From NCBI GenBank assembly GCA_036265555.1, contig DATAOX010000036.1, positions 1 through 56,875 of the forward strand: a stretch of DNA of 56,875 bases. The letters are read 5' to 3'. The DNA is from Solirubrobacterales bacterium. Lineage in GTDB: Bacteria > Actinomycetota > Thermoleophilia > Solirubrobacterales > 70-9. Below the pieces are notes generated by a model that was not told where the DNA came from, made no database searches, and saw nothing but the letters and a program-made list of their open reading frames with translations. Shown one piece after another: positions 49,993 to 56,875 of this stretch. The position numbers and the translations under genes are program-made. Each line of letters starts with the position of its first letter. Positions within the stretch are counted from its first letter, which is position 1.

Positions 49993-50487
49993 GTGGAGCT
50001 GGTGCCGTACGCCGACGAGCACCTCGGGCTGACGGAAGCCCTCGAATGCGATCCCGAGATGATGCGGGAGCTGGGCGGGGCGACCGATCCGGCAGAGATC
50101 CCCCGACTCCACCGGATGCGAGTCGAATACGTGGCGAACGGCGAGTGGTGGTTCGTGATCGTCCCGGAGCCGTCCGGCCCCCCCGCCGGCACGATCGGGA
50201 TCTGGGAGACGAAGTTCAGGGAGCGGCCCATCCACGAGGTGGGTTGGATGGTGCTCCCCGAGTTTCAGGGCCGTGGCATCGCCTCCGAGGCGCTGCGGAT
50301 GCTCGTCGCTCGAGCCCGATCGGACCCGCGATACAGCTGCATCCACGCCTTCCCGGGCATTTCGAACGCTCCGTCGAACGCCCTATGTCGCCACGCCGGT
50401 TTCGTTCATACCGAGCAATGCGATGTCCGATTCCGCGACCGCCCGCTGCGGGTGAACCACTGGGAGCTGGAGCTCAGCCCCGAGTGA
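49993..50487 (+). CDS. GNAT family N-acetyltransferase
   Basis: EVGWMVLPEFQGRGIASEALRMLV is an acetyl-CoA-binding Q/RxxGxG/A motif. Confidence 0.8.
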   Translation: MELVPYADEHLGLTEALECDPEMMRELGGATDPAEIPRLHRMRVEYVANGEWWFVIVPEPSGPPAGTIGIWETKFRERPIHEVGWMVLPEFQGRGIASEALRMLVARARSDPRYSCIHAFPGISNAPSNALCRHAGFVHTEQCDVRFRDRPLRVNHWELELSPE

Positions 50488-51040
50488 CGTGCTCCGCGAG
50501 CCAGTCGGTGACCGCGTCGCGGACCGCCTGCGTGTCCTTGAGCGTGTGGTTGCCGGAAACGCGAATGACGGTGCGGCCCGGAGCCTCAGACGGCATCCCG
50601 AACGGATCGCTCTCCCCCTGAACCACCAGCGTCGGGACATCCACTGCGTCGAGCTCGCCCAGGCGGCTCTTCGTCGGGTCATCGCCCTTGCCGGGTGGAT
50701 GGACGGGGAAGGCCAGGCAGAGCACGGCCACAGCGCCCAGGTCGGGCGCAGTGCGACACGCGACCCGTGCGCCCGCCGACCGCCCGCCGACGACGAGCGA
50801 GACCCCCTCGAGCGCGCCGCCCCGAAGCTGCTCGACTACCGACGTCCACGCCGCGTCGAGCTGTCGCGCGGGCGCCGGTGACCGGCGCCCCGCCACGACA
50901 TATGGCTGCTCCACGAGCGCGACCGTGACGCCGACCTCGTTCGCCGCCTCGGCGGCCGCCACGAGGTCGGCCGTGCCCACGCCGCCCGCCGCCCCGTGCC
51001 CCAGCACAAGCCCAGCGGCCGGCCGCTCGACCGGACGCAT
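50474..51040 (-). CDS. alpha/beta hydrolase (KANL3/Tex30-like, dienelactone hydrolase fold)
   Basis: LVLGHGAAGG..., VVGGRSAGARVA (GxSxG) and a C-terminal GNHTL. Convergent 14-nt overlap with the GNAT gene. Confidence 0.75.
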   Translation of the reverse strand: MRPVERPAAGLVLGHGAAGGVGTADLVAAAEAANEVGVTVALVEQPYVVAGRRSPAPARQLDAAWTSVVEQLRGGALEGVSLVVGGRSAGARVACRTAPDLGAVAVLCLAFPVHPPGKGDDPTKSRLGELDAVDVPTLVVQGESDPFGMPSEAPGRTVIRVSGNHTLKDTQAVRDAVTDWLAEHVTRG

Positions 51041-51161
51041 GTAAACGCGCGCGAGTCCGTGAGGCGTATCGAGCTCGACGATGCGCCGATGCTAGCCGCG
51101 GATGGACCGGACCAGGCGCCCCCGTTGCTCCGTGGGGCGCAATCCATGGATACTCGTAGCG

Positions 51162-51593
51162 ATGTCGCAGGTGAACATCGAGGTCGTGCGGGCTGCATAT
51201 GACGCGGTCAACCGCGGTGATCTCGACGCCGCCATCTCGAACATCGCGCCGGAGATGGAGTACGTGGCCTCCGGCGCAGTCCCCGGCGCGACCGGGATCT
51301 ACGTCGGTGCTGAGGGCGTCAAGCGGTTCATCGCGGCACTCTGGGAGGAGTTCGACGACGCGCGTGCGGATGTCACCGAATTGATCGCGGCAGACGACAA
51401 GGTGGTGGTCTCGGCGACCGCCCGAGGCCGCGGGAAGCTGAGCGGCGCCGAGGCGAGGTGGAACACGTGGCAGCTCTGGACGCTTCGACACGGAAAGCTC
51501 GTTCGCGGACAGGGGTTCACGAGCAGGGAAGGGGCCCTTCAAGCAGCCGGGTTAGGCGCAAGCGCCGCACCGGATTCGCCACCGAGCGCCTAA
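51162..51593 (+). CDS. NTF2/SnoaL-like family protein (paralog 4, divergent C-terminus)
   Basis: MSQVNIEVVRAAYDAVNRGDLDAA...GFTSREGALQAAGLGASAAPDSPPSA. GATACT-N7-ATG leader. Confidence 0.8.
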   Translation: MSQVNIEVVRAAYDAVNRGDLDAAISNIAPEMEYVASGAVPGATGIYVGAEGVKRFIAALWEEFDDARADVTELIAADDKVVVSATARGRGKLSGAEARWNTWQLWTLRHGKLVRGQGFTSREGALQAAGLGASAAPDSPPSA

Positions 51594-51659
51594 TGTGACG
51601 GATCAGGGCTCGAATCGGGTATCCGGTCCGTGAGCGAAGCAAGCCAAGGAGAGGTCAAA

Positions 51660-51890
51660 ATGGCTCGTGACAGCATGAATGAGGGCGACATCAGTGGCAA
51701 CGAAACTGAGCGCTACAGGCAGGCTGCTGAGGATGCGCTACAGCAGCTCGACTGGTGCATCGGGTACCTGCATGGCATTCGCAAATCGCAGCTCTCGGCA
51801 CAACTAGCGAAAAACCGGATGCAGATCAAGCAGAAACTGATGCAGGAGCCCACCAGCCAGCTGCCCTCCGCCACGACACGCGAGACCTGA
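51660..51890 (+). CDS. small hypothetical protein, low GC relative to its surroundings
   Basis: ATG at 51660 with SD AAGGAGAGG. MARDSMNEGDISGNETERYRQAAEDALQQLDWCIGYLHGIRKSQLSAQLAKNRMQIKQKLMQE... Confidence 0.6.
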   Translation: MARDSMNEGDISGNETERYRQAAEDALQQLDWCIGYLHGIRKSQLSAQLAKNRMQIKQKLMQEPTSQLPSATTRET

Positions 51891-51894
51891 CCCG

Positions 51895-54800
51895 TCAGCG
51901 AAGCAGGTAGTCCATCACGCGACCCATGATCTCGTTGCGGGTCGAGGCGTCGGTGATGCCCTCGAACCCGTGGCCTAGATAGAGCGTGTCGTCGGTCGCC
52001 ACGGCCGCCCCTTCCTTGATGCCGAGACCGCCTCGGGGGCGCCAGTCGTTGCGGTTGGGCCCCTCGATGCCGTCGGCGTCCTGTGGAGCACCGGGGACGG
52101 TCCACCCGTCCATCTGGTTTCCGTCGTCCTCGAACGACGTGTTGCCCTCGCCGGTCGACGTCTGAATGTCGTCGATGAAGACACCCGGGAACTGCTGGAA
52201 GCCCCAATCGCTCAGGGACGTGATCGAGATCTCGACCTGCGGCCCCAGTTCCTCTGGGATGTCGACCTGGAACTGTTGCCAGCCGCTGGAGCTGCCGTTC
52301 GCGGCATTCCACTCGCCCGTCGTGCCGGTCGAGCTGCACTCGCCGGTCGCCGCGTCGAACGTCTGGTAGTGGGTCAGGAACGGGTGCAGGACATTGGCGG
52401 CGTCGTCGGGATTGCTCCAGCCACCGGTGCACGACTGATCTTCGCCCAGATCGCTGCTGGTGAGACCGTTCTGGTCCGGCAGCGTCGTCCAGTTGTCCTG
52501 GCCGACGGTGTGCGCCTCGACGATCATGTAGTCGAAGTCCAGCTCGAGGTTGTAGCTCGTCCAGAACGACAGCGTCGCTCCGCCGGCCGGGACGTCGATC
52601 GTCCGGGTCAGACGCTTATACGCCTCGTCCGCCCGATCCGACCACATGAACGACTGTCCGGTGTGCGGGTCGAAGGGCCCGGAGAGGCCACTCTGGTACT
52701 CGGCCGCGGGCCAACTCTCGAACTGCGGGAAGCTGTCCGCCGGGTCGGTGACCTTGAGGAAGTCCCCGGTCGCGATGAACGACGAGTTCGACGCCTGGTT
52801 TTGAGCGCTGTCGGCGCCGTTCAACCCCCACGACAGTCCGTCGAGCGGCTGATCGATCCCGGCGACATCGAACGGGTCGCCGGTCTGCGGATCGCTGCCG
52901 CCGTCCGGGGTGGTGATTGCCGCGCCGAACATGTACTCGATCGGGTCACCCTGTGAGTCCCCCGACCCGGACAGCGCCAGGCAGCCCGCCTCCACGGCGG
53001 GGTCGGCACCGCACTGCTTGTTCGCAAACGGGTCGTAGAGCTGTGTGCCGCGACCGGTCGTGTACTGCTGTCCGGCGTTCTGACCGGTGTAGAGAACGCG
53101 CCCGCCCTCGTTGACGTAGTCACGTACCTCGAGCAATTCCTGCATCGCCAGCCGCGAGGCGTTGCCCGGGCCCCAGCCGGGCTCGCGGGTGATGACGTCG
53201 TCGCCCGTGTACCAGACGACCGCGTCGTAGTGGCTGAGCACGCCGAGGTTGTCCGGCGCCGTGCGGCCGTGGGCATCGACGTCATAGACGTCGTAGCCGA
53301 CGGCGTTCGCCTCCAACGCATCCTTATAGAACGACAGGTAGTGCGGGCCCGGCTCCTGGGCGGGCGAGGCTCCCGTGTAGTCCTCGGCCGAGAGCACCAG
53401 CGCGCGGTTGCCGGTCTCGGAGACGGCGTCATAGGTGAACGAGTCGCTCGTCGCTCCACCGCCCTCGAACCACACCTTCACGCTGTCGCCCGGGTCGGTA
53501 CCGGTCACCTCGCCTCGCACGACGTGGTAATAGGTCCCGTTGCCGACCCCGTAGCGCTCGCCGGTCTTCCATTCGGTCGTGTCCGCGCTTTGAACCGGGC
53601 CGTCGTTCACCTGATAGCGCAGCGTCACGTCCCCGAGGCTGCGCTTGGCCAGTACGCGCACCTCCTGCGGATCGCCGTACGACTCGTTGAACTTGAAGTC
53701 GAACAGCGACGTCTGCCCGTTCTGCGGATCGATGTCGTCGGCGTCGAGGTAGAACGGATCGACATCGATGCCGACCGGGGAATCCGGGTTCGCTGGATGC
53801 GCCGCGGACTTGGCCAGCCCCAGGTGGAAGTCGAGCGTCCTCTCGAACTCCTTTTGGATCAGCTGCTCGTTGTCGGGGAACACGAATCCCGATCCCGGAG
53901 TCCCCTCGCCGAGCTCCGGCGTGAACGCGATCGTCCCATCACGGACGTCGGCGTAGTCGGTGGTCTCGCCGTTGGTGACGTAGAGCGTGTCCGCTGACTG
54001 CCCCGGGTTGAACCCCGGGATGGCCGGCTCGCCGGTGCCGCCGGTGCTTGGGCCATCGGTGCCGCCCGTGGCCACGTAGATCGGATAGTCCGCGTCGAGG
54101 GTGCCGACCTGCCAACCCTGCGGATACAAGAGCCATTCGCCGAACGAGTGCAGGTTCGACTGGAACTTGGGCTCGATGCGGTCGATCAGCCCCTGCATGG
54201 CCTCGGTCTCGGGCTCCGAGGCGACGCTGGGACCTCTATAAGTCTCGTCCGCCGGGTCGGGCGACGATCCCTCGTTGTCGAAGCCCCAGTGCTCCGCGAA
54301 GTTGCGATTCGGATCCACGCCGTCGACAGCGGTGATCTGCCCGTCCCCGTTGTTGTCACGCAGGTTCTTGCGCCACAGCCGCTCGTGGTCGAACGTGTAC
54401 TGGTATCCGTCGGGGTTCGCGGAGATCACGAACCAAAGCTCCGTCTTCTTCAACAGTCCCTTGATCTCCTTGTCGTTCGCCCGCCAGCGATCGATGAAGT
54501 AGTGCATGAGCCGGCGGTTCACCTCGAGGCTGATCCACTCGCGCGCATGCTGATTCGACGAGTAGAGGACCGCGGGGCGCGATCCGTCGGGTACGTCGCG
54601 GGCGCCCTGCGTGAGCTTCAGGGCGATCAGCTCGCGGCCCTCGTGCGTCTGCCCCAACACCTCGAGCTTTACGAGCTGAGGGTTGCGCCGGGCCACGCCA
54701 TAGAGCTCGTCTCGGATTCCCCCCGGCTCGTCCCAGGACCGATATACGTTGTAGCCGCCAGCGGCCTGGGCCGCAGCCTGCTCGGTGACCGTCTGGCCCT

Positions 54801-55068
54801 TCTTGTTTCGCGTCAACTTGACCTTGACGCCGGACGCGGCGAGCTTTGCGCGTTGGCTCTGGGTCAGGACGGCGTCGGCTCTGATTCCCGATTGGGTTCG
54901 TCGCAGACCCGCGAGCTCGACGCCACCCACGGCCTTGGCGATGTCGTCCTCGCTGCCCTCGACCGTGTACTCCTCGAGCATCGGGGACTCTTGCGCTGAA
55001 GCCACAGGCGCCATGGCAAGAACGAGTGCGACCACGGCAAGACCGACACCACTAACCCTCGACCTCAT
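51895..55068 (-). CDS. secreted M14 zinc carboxypeptidase with a ~650-aa C-terminal extension
   Basis: Signal peptide, then NQHAREWISLEV (HxxE), ISANPDGYQY, WRKNLRDNN and VDPNRNF. SD GGGGAGG before the ATG at 55068. Confidence 0.88.
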   Translation of the reverse strand: MRSRVSGVGLAVVALVLAMAPVASAQESPMLEEYTVEGSEDDIAKAVGGVELAGLRRTQSGIRADAVLTQSQRAKLAASGVKVKLTRNKKGQTVTEQAAAQAAGGYNVYRSWDEPGGIRDELYGVARRNPQLVKLEVLGQTHEGRELIALKLTQGARDVPDGSRPAVLYSSNQHAREWISLEVNRRLMHYFIDRWRANDKEIKGLLKKTELWFVISANPDGYQYTFDHERLWRKNLRDNNGDGQITAVDGVDPNRNFAEHWGFDNEGSSPDPADETYRGPSVASEPETEAMQGLIDRIEPKFQSNLHSFGEWLLYPQGWQVGTLDADYPIYVATGGTDGPSTGGTGEPAIPGFNPGQSADTLYVTNGETTDYADVRDGTIAFTPELGEGTPGSGFVFPDNEQLIQKEFERTLDFHLGLAKSAAHPANPDSPVGIDVDPFYLDADDIDPQNGQTSLFDFKFNESYGDPQEVRVLAKRSLGDVTLRYQVNDGPVQSADTTEWKTGERYGVGNGTYYHVVRGEVTGTDPGDSVKVWFEGGGATSDSFTYDAVSETGNRALVLSAEDYTGASPAQEPGPHYLSFYKDALEANAVGYDVYDVDAHGRTAPDNLGVLSHYDAVVWYTGDDVITREPGWGPGNASRLAMQELLEVRDYVNEGGRVLYTGQNAGQQYTTGRGTQLYDPFANKQCGADPAVEAGCLALSGSGDSQGDPIEYMFGAAITTPDGGSDPQTGDPFDVAGIDQPLDGLSWGLNGADSAQNQASNSSFIATGDFLKVTDPADSFPQFESWPAAEYQSGLSGPFDPHTGQSFMWSDRADEAYKRLTRTIDVPAGGATLSFWTSYNLELDFDYMIVEAHTVGQDNWTTLPDQNGLTSSDLGEDQSCTGGWSNPDDAANVLHPFLTHYQTFDAATGECSSTGTTGEWNAANGSSSGWQQFQVDIPEELGPQVEISITSLSDWGFQQFPGVFIDDIQTSTGEGNTSFEDDGNQMDGWTVPGAPQDADGIEGPNRNDWRPRGGLGIKEGAAVATDDTLYLGHGFEGITDASTRNEIMGRVMDYLLR

Positions 55069-55295
55069 GGACCTCCCCTTTCGGCGATGAGCCGATCGCC
55101 ATTTCTTCTCTTACGACTCCCCTCGTCCGGCCGGACGCCGCATTTGCGACGAACGGGACAACCGATCGCGCCCCTACCCACTCAGGCGAACGATTAACTC
55201 ACCTATTTCGGCCAAAGTTGGACGCCGCCCTACGCCGATCCGGCCTGCGGTCGCATGACGCCCCGGAGCCTCCGGGCGCGGCGCAGCCCGATCGC

Positions 55296-55691
55296 CTACT
55301 CGCGCAGCCCGGCGGCTTCGAGCGCGGCATTCCAGTCGCCGAAGTACTCGAGCCGGACGATGCGTCCGTCGCGGAACGTGGCGACCTGGTGGTACAGCTC
55401 CTCGTTGATCTCGGCCCCACTCTTGCTCCGCCCGTAGTGGCGGAGCCGGGTGGCCACGCGGTCACCGCCGTCGACGAACTCCTGCGGCAGTAGGCGAAGC
55501 TCGTCGAACGTCTCATCGATTCCCTCGAAGAAGCCGATCACGTGGGCTGGGCCGCGGCCGGAGTCGGCGCTCTGGCGCGCGGGAAGCACGAAGTCGATCT
55601 CGGGATCGAACCACTCGATGGCGGCGTCGAAGTCGCGCTCGTTGTAGGCGTCGATGAAGCCGCGAGCCTTGTCGACGTTCTCCTGCGACAT
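55296..55691 (-). CDS. NTF2/SnoaL-like family protein (paralog 5)
   Basis: MSQENVDKARGFIDAYNERDFDAA...YFGDWNAALEAAGLRE. GATACT-N9-ATG leader. Confidence 0.85.
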   Translation of the reverse strand: MSQENVDKARGFIDAYNERDFDAAIEWFDPEIDFVLPARQSADSGRGPAHVIGFFEGIDETFDELRLLPQEFVDGGDRVATRLRHYGRSKSGAEINEELYHQVATFRDGRIVRLEYFGDWNAALEAAGLRE

Positions 55692-55768
55692 CGCCTGCTC
55701 AGTATCTCGCGGGAGGGACGGGCCGCGACCTCTGAGCCTGACCGCGGTCATGCGATAGAACGCGGAGC

Positions 55769-56119
55769 ATGACCATCAACAGGGCGGTGCCAAACATCAG
55801 GTCGGACCGGCCCGGCGAAACGCGCGACTTCTTTGTTGATCTGCTCGGGTTCGAGGTGGCGATGGACATGGATTGGGTCGTGACGCTTGCCTCACCAACC
55901 AATAGCTCGGCGCAGGTGACCATCATCGGGAACGACGACATGGCGGCACCGGGCATCTCGGTCGAGGTGGCTGACGTCGATGCCGTCCACGCCAAGGCCG
56001 TGGACCAGGGCTTCGACGTCGTTTACCCCCTCCGCGATGAGGAGTGGGGTGTCCGGCGCTTCATGCTCCGCGAGCCGAGCGGCACGGTCGTGAACGTGTT
56101 GTCGCATCGCTCGGACTGA
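55769..56119 (+). CDS. VOC/glyoxalase-bleomycin resistance family protein
   Basis: RDFFVDLLGFEVAMDMDW...ISVEVADVDAVHAKAVDQGFDVVYPLRDEEWGVRRFMLREPSGTVVNV. Confidence 0.8.
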   Translation: MTINRAVPNIRSDRPGETRDFFVDLLGFEVAMDMDWVVTLASPTNSSAQVTIIGNDDMAAPGISVEVADVDAVHAKAVDQGFDVVYPLRDEEWGVRRFMLREPSGTVVNVLSHRSD

Positions 56120-56147
56120 GCGCCCGCGCGCCGCGGAAGTCCCCCGC

Positions 56148-56468
56148 CTAGAGCCCCGGCGGGCGGTAGGTCACCGCGCGGTCCGCTGCCTCGTCCACCT
56201 GTTCGGGGGTGAGCAGCACGGTCGTCTTCACCGTGGCGCCTCCGGCGGCGTTCTCGATCAGGGAAACGGCCGCGGCGGCCTCCTCGTCGGGGAGGTCGAC
56301 GATCGCGAAGGCGTCGTGTTCACCGAACTCGAAGTAGAGGCACTCGAGCTTGCCCCCGACGCTCTCGACAGTGTCGGCCACCGCCTTGCGGCGATCGCTG
56401 CCGCCCTTGCTGCGCACGCCCTCCTCGCCTTGAACCGTGTATGAAGCCTGGAACAGGTACTTCGGCAT
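56148..56468 (-). CDS. GYD domain protein
   Basis: MPKYLFQASYTVQGEEGVRSKGGSDRRKAVADTVESVGGKLECLYFEFGEHDAFAIVDLPDEEAAAAV. SD GGAGGAGGAGGAG precedes the ATG. The track ORF is over-extended to 56543. Confidence 0.8.
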   Translation of the reverse strand: MPKYLFQASYTVQGEEGVRSKGGSDRRKAVADTVESVGGKLECLYFEFGEHDAFAIVDLPDEEAAAAVSLIENAAGGATVKTTVLLTPEQVDEAADRAVTYRPPGL

Positions 56469-56503
56469 CCTCTCCTCCTCCTCCATCGAGCTCCCGCGTA
56501 GAA

Positions 56504-56761
56504 TTAGGCTTTCACTTCTTGCCCCGTCACGCGGCGACCACACGTCCTCATCGAAGAACCCCGGGGCGGGCCGTCGATAAACCGACGCCAGGCCTCGTGC
56601 CCGCGGAGGATCGGCCCATCGGGGTACATGGCCGAGAAGTCGAACTCGGCGTCGGGTGCGGCGAGTCCGGCGTTAACGATCTCGTCGATCACCGTCTGCG
56701 CCGACTCCCCCGCGAACTCGGTAAACGCCCGGCGAACGAACTCGACGTTCTCCTCCGACAT
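56504..56761 (-). pseudogene. truncated or frameshifted NTF2/SnoaL-like gene (paralog 6)
   Basis: MSEENVEFVRRAFTEFAG...RGHEAWRRFIDG, then unrelated residues and an early stop. No ALEAAGL C-terminus. GATACT-N9-ATG leader retained. Confidence 0.6.
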
Positions 56762-56875
56762 CGCCTATGCAGTATCTCGAGGCGCAGACATTTCGCCGCG
56801 TCCGACCCGGACCCCGGCGTGTCTCCGATGTCAAGTCCTACGCTCGATCAACCGACGCCGCTCCCGACCAGGAGC

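Noticed and set aside
56400-56545. Apparent 1-nt discrepancy between my manual base count and the ORF-track coordinates around 56460-56545
   Set aside because: Track coordinates are internally consistent (lengths divisible by 3 and correct translations). I attribute the offset to my own reading and used the track frame for these CDSs.
1-56875. CRISPR array, rRNA operon, intact prophage, transposase/IS element, or a biosynthetic or defence gene cluster
   Set aside because: The only tandem repeats have 2-3 copies and no spacers. No cas, transposase, RT, polyketide/NRPS or restriction-type genes were recognisable in any frame. The only recombinase is a truncated integrase.

Overview
About 70% GC chromosomal segment, almost certainly Actinomycetota. 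The minus-strand backbone thrS-infC-rpmI-rplT-trmH-like-pheS-pheT-argC-argJ-argB-argD follows the gene order known from Mycobacterium, and many junctions are 4-nt start/stop overlaps. Other housekeeping genes are dnaE, gltX, nfo, argG, zwf and a fadE-fadA-fabG4-htdX-like lipid operon. Most long ORFs in the track are antisense shadows typical of high-GC DNA.

I found no CRISPR array, rRNA, intact prophage or recognisable biosynthetic or defence cluster. What deserves a second look:
1. A partner-switching-like cluster at 29.2-32.1 kb: an RsbW-type kinase fused to a degenerate second kinase-like domain, two STAS proteins and a stand-alone PAS protein, with no sigma factor or PP2C phosphatase nearby.
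2. A conserved leaderless 5' cassette (GATACT-N9-ATG TCG CAG GAG AA, peptide MSQE...) shared by non-homologous genes.
3. Six copies or remnants of one NTF2/SnoaL-like family.
4. Two decayed tRNA-targeted integrative elements, at tRNA-Val (which has an unusual C33) and at tRNA-Cys.
5. A ydaO (c-di-AMP) riboswitch ahead of a coiled-coil Rpf-like transglycosylase.
6. A perfect 45-bp tandem repeat carrying a 9-codon mini-ORF.
7. Two paralogous CPxCG mini-proteins, a Cys-free DksA-like protein and a candidate ~180-nt sRNA.

Coordinates I counted by hand (repeats, tRNAs, refined starts) may be off by 1-2 nt.
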